Source: Geosiphon pyriformis uo1
Lineage: Eukaryota; Fungi; Glomeromycota
NCBI GenBank assembly: GCA_016748015.1
Contig: JAAOMT010000128.1
Location: 441,538 to 505,537, forward strand
Direction: 5' to 3'
DNA length: 64,000 nt
The first letter of the stretch is position 1, and each line of letters begins with the position of its first letter. The translations under genes and the position numbers were made by a program. Below are positions 24,830-37,226 of the stretch, piece after piece. The notes under the pieces are model-generated. The model was given only the letters and a program-made list of their open reading frames with translations, was not told the origin of the DNA and made no database searches.

Positions 24830-27800
24830 CTAATCTTGTCTCATTTTTGAGAGACAATCAATGTTGGTGTGGAGTTTTCCTGGTTTGTGGTGTACAATGT
24901 ATCAGTAGTTGGCTAAAAATCCTGTCCATCAGGTTTGTTTTGTATTTAGCTGAGTGTTTTTGTTCTGAAGCCATTTAAGTCCAATATTATCAGTAATAAT
25001 ATTGAATTCTTTGGGTCTAAGGTAAAGATTGAAGTGGTGTAGGGCCCAAATTACTGCTGCAGTTTCTAATTCTGTTGCAGGGTAGTTTTTTTCAGCTGGT
25101 TTCAATGTTCTGCTAGCATAAGCAATTACTCATTTATTTCCATTGTCATCTAACTGTAATAGGATGGCACCAAAGGCAGTATAAAAGGCATCTGTTGCTA
25201 ACCGGAATCGGTTGCTGAAATCTGGGTAGGCAAGAATTGAAGCTGTTGTTAGTTTTTCTTTGAGGATTTCAAATGCATTTTGGTGTTTAGCAGTCTATTT
25301 GTATTTGATGTTTTTGGTGGTAAGCTGGTTGAGAGGTTTTGCAATTTCTGAAAATTTTTTGATAAATTTCCAATAGTAGGAGGCTAATCTTATAAATTCT
25401 CTTAGTTCCATAGTGTTTTGAGGAGTTTTGAAATTTTTGACAGTGCTGATTTTTCCAGGGTCCAGTTTGATTCTATCTTTACTAACAATATGACCAAGGA
25501 AGGCCAAGCTTGTTTTTCCAAAGTAGCATTTTTTGATGTTGAGTTTCAGTCCTGTTTTTCGTAATCATTGAAAAACTTCTTGCAGATGTTTTAAGTGTAA
25601 TTTGAATGATGGAGAATAAACATCAGTATCATCAAGATAAATGACTACTGACTTCCAAAAGAGTCCTTTGTACACAATATCCATTAATCTCTGAAATGTT
25701 GCTGGTGCATTGCATAATCCAAAAGGCATTACATTGAATTCATAATTTTCTTCTTGGGTTGTGAAGGCTGTTTTGGGACAATTTTTGAAGTCCATGGCAA
25801 CTTGCCAGTATTCGCTTTCTAGATCTAGTGTTGAAAAGTATTTGGCCTTTCCAAGGACATCCAACATATCATCAATTCGGGGAAGGGGATAGGCATCTTC
25901 AATTGTGACACTGTTGAGTTGTCAATAATCAACACAAAATCATATCTTTCTATTTTTTTTTAACTAAGACCACAGATAAGGCCTATGGACTCATTGATGG
26001 TTGAATAAGCCCATTGTTGAGCATCTGTTGTACTTCTTTGTGAATAAATTGGTGAATTTCTAGAGCAATTCAGTAGACTTGCTGTCGCCTTGGTTTGGCA
26101 TCTCCTGTATAGATTTGGTGTTGAACCAAATCAGTTCTTCCTAAGTCATTGTTGTTTTCAGCAAAGATATCAGCAAATTCTGCAATTAGCTCTTTGAGCT
26201 GGTTCTGTTGTTGTGGTTCAAGTTGTCTCATGTTGATTCGAAATAGTTTTTCTATAACAACATAGTAGTTTTTAGAGCTGGGTTTTGGGTTGATTTTTGG
26301 TAGTGAATGTCCAATAATTTCAGAGAAATCGAGGACTGTTTGGGGTAATTCTTGTTGAAAGATATTACTGTGAATAACTTTAATTTCTAAGTTATTTAAT
26401 AAAACTATGGGGTAATTATTGGGGTTGTAAAAAGTAACTCAGATTTTCTTTGTTCCTTCTGGAATATAAATGTTTGGGATCGAGATATTATGTTTCAAGC
26501 AGATTTGTTTGTTGGACTCAAAAATTTGTTGTATGGTTGTTGGCTTTTCACAAGTATAAATTTCAGGATGTTCTCTAAAGGGTGAAATAGTAATTGGTTG
26601 TGGAAGTCATAGAATCTGGTGAGATTTACTTTGTTTATTAAGAGCTATGTTTACTGGAACTGTGAATCGTCCAGTTGAACCAAAACCATTGGTTTCTTTT
26701 CTACTTTTTCCCAATTGTTCTCTTTGACTGATTAATTGTAAACCTGAAATGTTGATTAAGAGTAAATAAATAGCTTGAGCAATTTTTTCAGCATGTTCAA
26801 TCTGAAAAGATTTATCAGTTTCATTTTGTAACATGATTGTAATGTTTCCTGTATATCTAGCATCTATAATTCCTCCTCTAACATTGATTCTTTTGCTTGC
26901 CAATGATGATCATAAAGCGATTTGGATTATTGTTCTTGGTGGGATTTTAAGGGCAATTTTGAGGTTGATTTTTGTGAGCAATTTGGGTTTGAGAGTAAGA
27001 GTATCTTTTCCTGGATATCTTAGATCATATCCAACATCAATTTCATGGGCTTTTTCCAGTTTTATTCCTTGTTTATTGTTGTTGAAGTATTTGAGTTGTG
27101 AAGCAGGCTGATTTTCGATAAGATAGATAGATGTTGTTTCAATTTTTTCTGTTGCTTCAGGTTCTCCGAATTCAATTTTGTATTCATCATTTTTGCTGGG
27201 CAAGGAAATGCTAAGAGCATAGCATTCAGAACACTATTGTTTATCACAAGACATTGTGCATTCCTCACATAATTTAATGTTCATTTGTTCTAGTCATTGA
27301 GCTTGAGCTTCTTTAGTTGGGTAAGTGTGACTTGCAATTTGATGGTACACTTCTATTTCATCTTTATAATCGAATCCAGCTAATTTCAAGGTATATTCAA
27401 TATATTCAGCTTCTTTTATTTGAAAAACATCTTCTTTGGTTCCTCTGTTAATTAAGATCATGGCAAGTTTGTAGATTATTTTGGCATTATAGGGGTAGTA
27501 ATAAAGTTTGTTGAGAGTGCTGTTGTAAGTGGTATTGAAAGATGTTTCACATTTTACCTTTTCTACAATAGAAAGAGCATATTGACAAGTTTAATCACAG
27601 ATTCCTCCTCTAAAGGTAATGTCAATCTAATCACATTCGTCAGAAAGCTGCTTTCCACAAGTAAAACAGGGTGTTCCATCCTATTTTCCACTTCTTTTAA
27701 TCAAGTGGCCTTATCATTCTTGATGGCAGGCTTTGCAAAAGTAACAAGTATGACTTCTATATTTTTTTTCTGGCAAGATGCAGACTCCCATTGAAGAGAG

Positions 27801-30455
27801 TTTCTTGTAGCAGTCCTTGCATTTGAGTGGAATGTAAGGGTGTTGTTTCTTTGGTTCTGGTTTAGAATATGGAATGTCCCATCTAGGGGTTTTTGGTTCC
27901 TCTGGATATGAGTTTGTTGCAAAATACATTTGTTCAGTTTCTTCAGCCCAGTTAAATGTTGATTCAAGTGCCATAAATGTTTCAACTACAGGCTTTTCTT
28001 CCTCCTCTTCAAATTTGAAGACAGGGGCTTTTTCTGATTGTTTGTTGAATGTACCACAAGTAGCAGGTACTTGGGCATGTTGTCCTTAATAAGAGAGTTG
28101 TAATTCTTGGGTTTCCCAGTCTAATTTTGCATTGGCTTTTTGGAGCCAATCATTTCTAACAAGGGCTTGATACTGGGGCACATCCATTACAAGAACTTTG
28201 ACTGAAATGGTAATTCCATCAAGAGTGAATGGAAAATTGTCAATTTCTCTTACTGGAGTCTTTTTTATGCCATTGGCAGTGATGATTACTGTCTGAGCTG
28301 GTCGGTCAACATTTCTTTTTAACTGTTGCATCAACTGGTAGGTGATGATGATTCTGGTGGATCCACTGTCTAGAATTAAACAAATTGCCTTTCCTTTGAC
28401 TTCTGCTTCAGTGTACATAGCAGTAATTGCTTTTTGTTCATTGGCGGCTGCATTGCTAAGCAGAAATGGTGACTTATTTGCTTTGAACTCAAAAGAGAAT
28501 ATATCTGAAAGGTTGGTGTTTTCAGCAATTCTGGCTGGTGGGATTGTGGTAAGAGTATAGGAAGAGTTTTGTTGTTATGCTGCAGCTCTACCTTTCAAGA
28601 GTGCAGTATGGTGAAAATCCTGTTCTTCAAGTATTATAAGATAGCTAGATTGAGTATGATAATAGGTAGATCTTGGTTGAGCTGGATTTTGGAAAACTAA
28701 TTGGTTATTTGGGTTGATTCTGTTGTTGTTTGTTGCAAATTGGTTTTGTGGTGCAAATTGGTTTTGTTGAACCAATCTTCAAGCAGATACTTGGTAATGT
28801 TGAATGAGTTGTCGATACTGTTGTTGCATTGGCTGTGGAGCAGTTTGATAGTAGTTGGTTTGATATTGCGGTCTTGGTGGATAGTAAGCTGGTGATAGTG
28901 GTGGTTGGTAATAAGATTGTTGTGGCAAAGGGTAACATTGATTACTTCTGTTTTGTTGGTCTCATTGTAGCTTTTTGCAATCTTTTTTCCAGTGGCCTGG
29001 GATTCCACAATAATGGCAATTCTGAGGCTGGTTATTAGAGGATGATGCAAAATTGTTTTGATTTCATCTTTGGGATGGTTGATATCTTTGGGGTTGCTGT
29101 TGTTGTTGGTTGGTGAAATAGTTTTCGACTTTCTTTGTGAGTTGGTCAATTTTCTTCTCAGCTGCTGAGCTGGTTTCTCCAATGGCTAAGTTCACAAGTT
29201 TTGTACAATTGGCTTCTTCCATGGCCATTTCATATCTCTTTGCATGTTGAATGGCAGAGTTTAAATCTTTTGGGGCATGTGGGCGAACTTTTTTAATCAG
29301 TTTATCCTTTAAACCAGCGATAAATTGATCTAAGATTTGAGCATCAGAATAATAATCATTAATTTCAAGTTGGCGAATTCATCTGAGAAGTTTGTTGAAT
29401 TTCCCAATATAAGTCATGACAGATTTGAAGGATTCTTGTTTGATATTGCAAAAATGATTTTGAAGTGTGATTGAGGTGTTGTTATCGGTAAATTGTTCTA
29501 AGAAGACAGTTTTGAAAGCTGTCCAGTTATTAAAAGAGGTGGTCAAGTTTTCAAACCATTTGCCTGCTGTTCCTTTGAGAAAGTAGAGAATTGTTCTTAA
29601 CATTTTGGCAGCATTTCATCCATTTGCATCTCCAGCTTTAGTAACTTGGTCAAGCCATTCTTGGGGACTGGTCTCAATGTCTTCTCCATTAAATTTAGGG
29701 ATTTTTGCGATATATGCTGTCATTTCATCTTCTTTATTTTCATTGTCTATTGATTCTTTTTCAGATATTTTAGAGTCATTTTTTTCGTTCACTGCTGTCT
29801 CAGAATGTTCACTTTGATTTTCAGCTAGAAAGTCAAGAAGATTGGAACTAGTTTGAAGAGGTTCTTGTTGTCTGGTGGGACTTCTGGGTGATATAAAATC
29901 TTCTGGTCTTGTAAATCAATTTAAGGGTGAATTAGGTGTTTGTGCTTGTGCAAGTGAAGCTGGAAAAGGTGTGATAATAAGTGGAAGTTTTGAACTGGTT
30001 CCTTGTTTAGATGTTTGTAAGTGTTTGGCAGTTGTTTTTGGTAGTATTGGTGTATTTGGGGTGGTTTTTGAGTATTGCTTCAATTTTTGTTTGCCTTTGT
30101 TGCTTGTTTTTGTCTCTAATTCAAAATCAATAGAGTATTGAAACTGCACTGGATATGTTTCTTCACAGTACTTGATAATGTTAAAATTAAGTTTTTGAAA
30201 GTAAATGACAAGTGTTTTACTGTTAAAGCCTTCAGTTCTCAACTGTAAATAGTGCACTAAATTATTGTAAAGGTTGCTTTTAACTACTGAGATGTTGTAA
30301 TTTCCAAAAAGATAATTGTTAATACAGTTTTTAATGTATTGGTATACTGATGTCTTGATAACTTCAATTCCGTCTGGAATGTTGAATTTTTGCTTGCAGT
30401 TGGTGTAAATTGACTGGTAATACTTTAGAGTTGTTGTATCTGGTGTGGTCGCCAT
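24830..30455 (-). pseudogene. Element D gag-PR-Cys-rich-dUTPase-RT-RNase H polyprotein
   Basis: Fragments starting at 30455, 29603, 28775, 28418, 27974, 27203 and 26903 are in one frame. Motifs: LILDSG, GYDLRYP/GGIIDA/NGFGSTG, YLDDT. Confidence 0.92.
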
Positions 30456-30500
30456 TTTGAAGTTGTTTTTGCTGTATTGTTTCTGTGGGAGAGCACCAAA

Positions 30501-31472
30501 TGTTACCAGAGATTTTTGGTCTTTTCTTAGCTCTTGTATGTTTGTTGTAATGCTGTTAATTCATGACTATAGAAAGTGTTTGAACCTCCAATAACTGAAT
30601 TTATCCTCAAATTATCTCCTATAATTTGAACTGCTGGACTTATAAGTGGAATGGCCAATTCCATGTCAGTTACTTTGTATAGTTACATTGTAGTAAACAT
30701 TAATTCTTTCCCAGGAATTGCTCGTCTGAAAGCTCACTAAAAATGTGTAGTTACTTTGCTGTGAAAGTCAACTTTTCTACAGGAATCTTGTCTATAGGCT
30801 ACCCTAATGATTGTAATAAGAAAAGAAAGGAAAAATAAAAGAAATGTAAAAGAAATAAGATTTTATTAAGAGAAACGTTTTCTATCCAGGTCTGGAATCA
30901 CTAACAGTTTACTGAAATTGGTAGCTAATTAATTTCAAAATATTAGTTGGGTTTTGAATTTTCCAAGTGTAATAATTAAAGAATTTGGTTTTTCAAATTA
31001 TTTGATATTTATTTCTTTTTGTGTGTATAGAAATGGTTCTAAAAGATAAATCTAAAGTAAGATATCTTTTCTTGAAGAAAGAAGCTCTTTTTTTATACAA
31101 CTTGTTATAACACTATTCTATGAACTTGAACTTTGCTCTTTTCTATAATTTTGCTGAACTGAAGATACATTTCGGCAAACTACAAGTTATTTCTGCAAAC
31201 TATTAGATATTTCAGTGAACTATCAATTATTTCGGCAAATTTCTACAAATTTTGGCAAACTTTTGAATGTTACATATTTCGGAGTATTGCATGATTGATC
31301 ATTGCACTTAGATTACATTTGTGTTATGTACAAATTGGGTTATTAATTAAATAATAATTTCAGACATTTTGCTAATGTAATAAGTGATAATTTGAAACAA
31401 TAATATGCTAATTAATAATAAAAATAAAGATAATTTCATGCTAAATAATATTTCTAATTTTATCTGATAACA
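30501..31472 (-). repeat. 5' LTR of element D
   Basis: Adjacent to the PBS; TG...CA termini. Confidence 0.95.
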
Positions 31473-34448
31473 CCATCAAAGTTCTTGTGATGAAAACCAC
31501 TTAGTATTAGGCACTTATTGGCAATAACTGGCTGTCTAAAACTAATATAATACTTAATTGGAATATACAAGAGCTCCAACTAAGTCAGAACAGTCAACAC
31601 ATATGTGTACCAGTCATGTGTGGCCATTTCAAACCTATTATCACGCCATCAGCACCTCTTATTAAGTTCGACAACAAAAAAAAATCTGTCTACGAAGCTT
31701 ACCAAGTTTTATGGACTGATAAAGACCACAACAAGTTACCACCAATACTTTCTTGAAATGACAATGGAAAAAGAAAGAAAAAAGAACTTACCTGGAATTC
31801 AAACCAAGTCTGGAAAACTGACAATAACCAGAAAAACTTAATAAATTAGGAGGGAAAAAAAAGCAATAAGAAAAAAAGAAAAGAGAAGGAAGAAAAAACA
31901 ACACTTACCAGCACCACCTCTTATAACTTCTACACCTATACTATACCACAACAATCCATCTATTGCTGACCAAAGCTCATATGCATCAATTGTGATAAGA
32001 AATTGTTATCAATGAGTGCATATTATAGTGACAACAAGGAATACTCCATAACAACCAAGTTTTATTGTCACCCATACATCTTAGAACAGTTTGAATAACC
32101 AAAATGACAAGAAAAATAGGACAACAAACCATGTTTGGCTTGTGGTGAAACACTGTTAAATAAGGGAATATGGAATGACATTCTTGGGTGAAGAAGAACA
32201 TATAACAAATTATGTCAATACACAATTCTAATCAGTAACTGGATAAGAAAAGGGACTCTTATAGAAGCCACCTAAAGAAGAGCAGTAAAATATCTGGACA
32301 GTTGTCCACATGATAATGACAAAATATGGTGAATAGCACTTGCCAAAATTGAAGGCATGTTACCAAAGGAAATTAGAATAATAAAAAATAACCCTTCAAA
32401 ACTCATAGAACTTAACTGGAACTCAGAACCAGTTATAAATCTCCTGAATCCAGAACAATTCCATAAACATTATCAAGAATTAGCACCCATTAGAAAAAAA
32501 CAAAAGCAACAGTTGGAAAAAATAAACACAAGACTATGTGATCACTGTTTAATCTTATATGACTTTCAGTATTATAATGAGTGTAATCTTATTTACAATC
32601 TACTACCACACATGATCTACACGATCTCAGAAAAGGAAGAACCAATCAGCAGCTGCGCATCAGAATTGAAATCAATGTTTAATCTTGATTCAAACTCTGA
32701 CAATAATGATAACAAGAACAATGGTTCTAATTTCACTCAATATGGCAATGAAAATAACAATATTTTGGACTCCAATTCAAATCTCAAAACATACATTGCA
32801 CTCCCTGATCTTACCAAGGAGCAGAAACTGAAATAGTTTAGCAATAATGATAAAGGTATTATGCCAGAATACACACATAATACTGATATAAAGTTTAATT
32901 TGAGATATCCAAGAAAAAACACCATTAAATTAGAACTTTATTTGTGTATCTGTATTGATCTTAAAATAGCATTAGAAATCTCAGCAACAACAATGATTCA
33001 ACTAGCATCCAGGAGTAGCTTAGCAAAAAAAAGAATCAACATTAGAGAAGGAATAATTGATGCAAGATATATAGGAAATATCATTGCTATGCTACAAAAT
33101 GATTCAAAAAAGGCCTATATATAGAACCAAACAAAAAGATAGCACAAGCAATATTCCTGCCTTTAATTAAAATAGCTTAACTAGTATCAATGGGAAACAG
33201 GGAAGAATTAAGAATTACAGCTAAAGGGATACTGGAATTTGGATTAACAGATAGAATAGGAGTACTAATTAATATAGCAGAAGAAAAAATTATTAACAAG
33301 AGAGAAATTATCTCCACCTATCAATCAATTTCTATTCCACTATATGACCAGTACATGCTAGTTATAAAAAAGAAAGTAAAAGATCAGGTTCAGATTTTTA
33401 AAACAGAAGCAACACTTTGTGAATCAGAAGAGATTAAATTAGTCAATCTACACATACTAGCCAAAAACCACAATCACATTAAAATTCCCATTTACAACAA
33501 TATGGAAAACATCATCAAGATATTAGAAAGAACTACTATGGAATATTTAACCACTGAAATTGAAAACCAACTGCCAAACACCATTCCAGATTTTCCACAA
33601 CTGTGTAGATATGTAGATATTACATCTCAAACAATATACAAACAAGAAGAATGTTATTTGCTCCAACCAGAACAATTGGAACAGATGAACTTAGAAAATC
33701 TAGACTCACTACAACGTATGTAGCTCAAGTTGTTACTCAACAACTTCAATAATATCTTTGTTAGTGAAAATGAATTTGGCAGAACTGACATAATCCAGCA
33801 TCAAATCAAGACTGAAGATGCAATGCCAATTAAACAAAGAGCATACTAAGTACTACTAGCCAGTCATAAGATTATTCATTAAGAAATCAATCAGATGCTT
33901 GACAATGGGCTAATTCAGCTATCAATGAGCCTATGGTTATCATCAGTGGTATTAGTTCAGAAAAAAAATAAGAAAATTTGCTTTTGTGTGGATTACTAGA
34001 AACTGAATGGAGTAACTAAAAGAGATAACTACTCAACACCAAAGATCCAAGAACTGTTTGATGCTTTTGGAGGAAAGAAATAGTTCTCAACTTTGGATTT
34101 AGATAGTGGTTATTGGCAAGTAGCCATGAGACTAGAAGACAAAAAAAAAACAGCTTTTACAACATGAGAAGGAAATTTTGAATTTGAGATTATGCTATTT
34201 GGCTTAATGAATGCTTCAGTTATATTTTAATGACTTATGAAAATTGTTTATATCAGACTGCTATGGAAATCAGTAGTTGTATACTTGGATAACACTAATG
34301 TATTCTCCAAAATATTCGATAATCATCTGTATCATTTCTAACAAGTATTTGAAAAACTCAGACAAGCAGAATTGAAATTAAATACCAACAAATACTTCTT
34401 TGGCAAAACAGAACTTAAGTTTTTAGGACATGTTGTGAGCAAAGATGG

Positions 34449-35186
34449 TGTTATGGGTTGGAGTAACAAGCTAACAGATAGCAAGGGAGAACAGTATTGT
34501 ATGGTGATGGAAATAAACAAAGAAGGAATTACAATAAGAAAGTGAATTGAATAAGTAGGAATTCAATGTGCATAATCAGTCTCATAAAAATCACAGTCAC
34601 TAATCTTTTCTTAAATCTGAAGGTAGAGGAATAGTCTATGATTGTCAACAAGATAACACCACTGCTATTATTCTATGCCTCAACTCAGCGATTCTTAGAA
34701 TCAATAACAGGTATCGTTGTACTTTTCAATCGTTTCTTTATTCAATGAATTACAAGAGCAAGCCAATTGCTTCTCAGGCTAATTCTAACAAATACAAATC
34801 AAGAAGGGAAAAAAATAAGATATGTGAATGCCAACAAGTAGATACTTGAAGGTAAGGAAAGGGGAATAAGCAATTATGAGAGGAAGTAATTAATATTGTT
34901 TATTTCGTTACTTTGATCATGTCTTTCTACAGCTAAGAGAATCATCACTTATATAGCTATCTAAAGTGGTCAATGACCAGGTCAACAATCAGATCAATGA
35001 TCAGGTCAACAATCAGGTCAATGATTAGGTCATTAATCAGGTCAATGATCAGGTCAATAATCAGGCCAACGGTCAGGTCATTGATCAGGTCAACAATCAC
35101 TATCTAAAAATAGGGTGGCTAATTATATGACATCAGTGGCTAATACATGTGATAATTAATAAAAACTATGTGTTTCAACCATAACA
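34449..35186 (-). repeat. 3' LTR of element E (738 bp)
   Basis: Matches 41520-42197 except for extra 12-bp tandem units. Confidence 0.95.
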
Positions 35187-35194
35187 TCATCCTC

Positions 35195-35812
35195 TCAAAA
35201 GAGATTGAGCTCCAGCAAAATCAAACTATTTATGGAATAGTCTATGTGAAGAGTTTTGTCTAACTCAAAACTAACTAGTTTGTTAAAGTCTTTTGTGGAT
35301 AGAGTATATAGTACTTGAAGTGAAATAAGCTTTGTATCCAAGAGACCAAATCTTTGTATAAGAGTTCTGGCTCTTCTTGCAATGGTCAAAACTCTTGGGA
35401 CATTTAAACGTATAATGCCCAAAATTTCCACTTGTATCTCTGAAGTTGTTTTCTTTATGAGCTTCATGTCTTCTATGATTTCACCAAGACGACCATAGAG
35501 TTCTAGTTGTCTTCCATATGACAAGTTTTTGTCTATGGGCAAGATTTCTTGTATTGTTTTTCCAATTGTGCTGGAAGGTGAAAATATCACTACTGTTATG
35601 CTTTCCAATAGGTATTTATCCATTTCGCTACCAATTCTTTCTCTTCTGGTAGTTGTTTTCTTTGGTCTAATAACAATGTGAGTTCCACTGTTGTCTGTTA
35701 TAGTAGTTTGTTTTCCAATAGTCAGAGTAGCATTTGTATAGTTCTTGATCCAGTACTCATGGAGAGTATAGAAAGCATTTTAAATGTTTTGATCTAGGAA
35801 ATAATTGTTCAT
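35195..35812 (-). pseudogene. Element E ORF3, ~205 aa, unknown function
   Basis: MNNYFLDQNI*NAFYTLHEYW... is in frame with ORF 35195-35623. Confidence 0.72.
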
Positions 35813-35859
35813 GTTGATTGAAGATACCTCTGTTTTGGGAATGGTGCATTTATTTATAT

Positions 35860-37167
35860 CTAATTTTTGCTGATCATTTGGGTCAGTATTACCACAACAG
35901 GTAACCAATCAGGTCATTTGTGATATTTCTTGAGTCGCGTGCCATGAACAGGGCGATCACTGAATATTGTTCCATATTGATCTTGTAAGATATAAGAACT
36001 ATTGTTCAAAACTTTGTTGACTATAAAGGGTTCTTTCTACTGGCTAAAGAATTTATCACCATAGACATTGTCTCTGTCTGAACAGTATTCCAAAACTAAG
36101 TTACCAACACTTAAGGAAAGTGTTTTATAGGTCTTTTTCTTTTTGAGCTTCTCTTGGAACTGTTTTATCTTTTCAAAGGCAATTATCCGTGCTTCTACCA
36201 ATGAGTCAAGAATGGTACCAAGTCTTCTTTGCAAAATGTCCTTGTAATCTCCTATTGTTATTTCTTCAAAAGGTATTGTTTCTATATCCATTTCTATTGG
36301 TAGAGTTGCCATTCGTCCATAGAGCAGATAAAAGAGTTCATAACTTGTTATGTCATGATTCACAGTTCTGTAAGCAAACAAAGCTGAAGGCAATACTTTG
36401 TCCCATAGGTTGGTTTCTTCACTGGTTTTGGCTAGGGTTTCACATAGTGTTCTATTGAAATGTTCTACTAGGCCATTTGTTTAAGGGTGATAAGGAGAAG
36501 AGAGTTTATGACGTATTCCCATTTTTCTGCAAAGTTCTTCAACCAGTGTACTAAGAAAAGCTCTTCTTCTATCAGACAAAAGTTCTTTAGGGCAGCCGTG
36601 GCGACAGATAATATCTTCATAAATAAAATTGGCAATTGAGACTGCTGTTTGATCTGGGGTGGCTCTTGCTTCTACCCACTTTGTAAGATAGTCGGTAGCT
36701 GTGATAATGTATCTGTTGCCATCAGGAGTTACTGTTAAAGGTCCAACAACACCTATATCAATTCTATCAAATGGTTGACCAACAGAGATTGGATGGATAT
36801 CTTCCTTGTGATTGGGTTTTCCTCTTCTTTGACAGGTATCACAGGTTTTGATGTATTCAGCAATGTCTTTTCTCAAGGTAGGCCAATAATAGTGAGCTAA
36901 AGTTTTCTGAATTGTTTTTGTTTTTCCAAAGTGTTTAGCTAATGAATCAGTGTGCATATTGTAGATCACAATTTCTCTTTCTTCAAATCTAATGATTCTC
37001 TGGAGGTGGTCAGGATCTTTTCTATTTCTTTTATATAACTGGTTCTGGTAAATCAAATAGAAATTTGATTGTTTGCGCAAATGTTCTCTTTGCTGTCAAG
37101 TATAGTCCGGCAGATATTGTCCTTTACCCAAAAATTTCATTAAAGCAGAATAGTTGTCCAAGTCCAT
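35860..37167 (-). pseudogene. Element E integrase (separate ORF)
   Basis: ATG 37167 (or 37173) is in frame with ORFs 36481-37080 and 36037-36393. HHCC and DDE motifs present. Confidence 0.9.
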
Positions 37168-37226
37168 TATCATGTTTGTTTGTGGGGGAGTTACAAATAA
37201 TTAAGTTGGTTTGGTTTGAGAGGGTT

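Larger units (their letters stand above)
21642..31472 (-). mobile_element. Full-length decayed Ty3/Gypsy element D (family 3, dUTPase-bearing), inserted in the protease of C
   Basis: LTRs at 21642-22588 and 30501-31472, perfect TSD CCAT, PBS 30483-30498, PPT (aaggaggagg on the minus strand) about 22591-22602. Confidence 0.95.

Noticed and set aside
28342-30141. Many + strand ORFs over element D (likewise antisense ORFs over B, E and F)
   Set aside because: Shadow ORFs of gag/pol with no recognisable motifs.
34560-34640. Intron-containing tRNA-Met gene inside the E LTR
   Set aside because: Only the anticodon and variable-region match; there is no D arm, T arm or acceptor stem. Treated as primer-pairing boxes instead.
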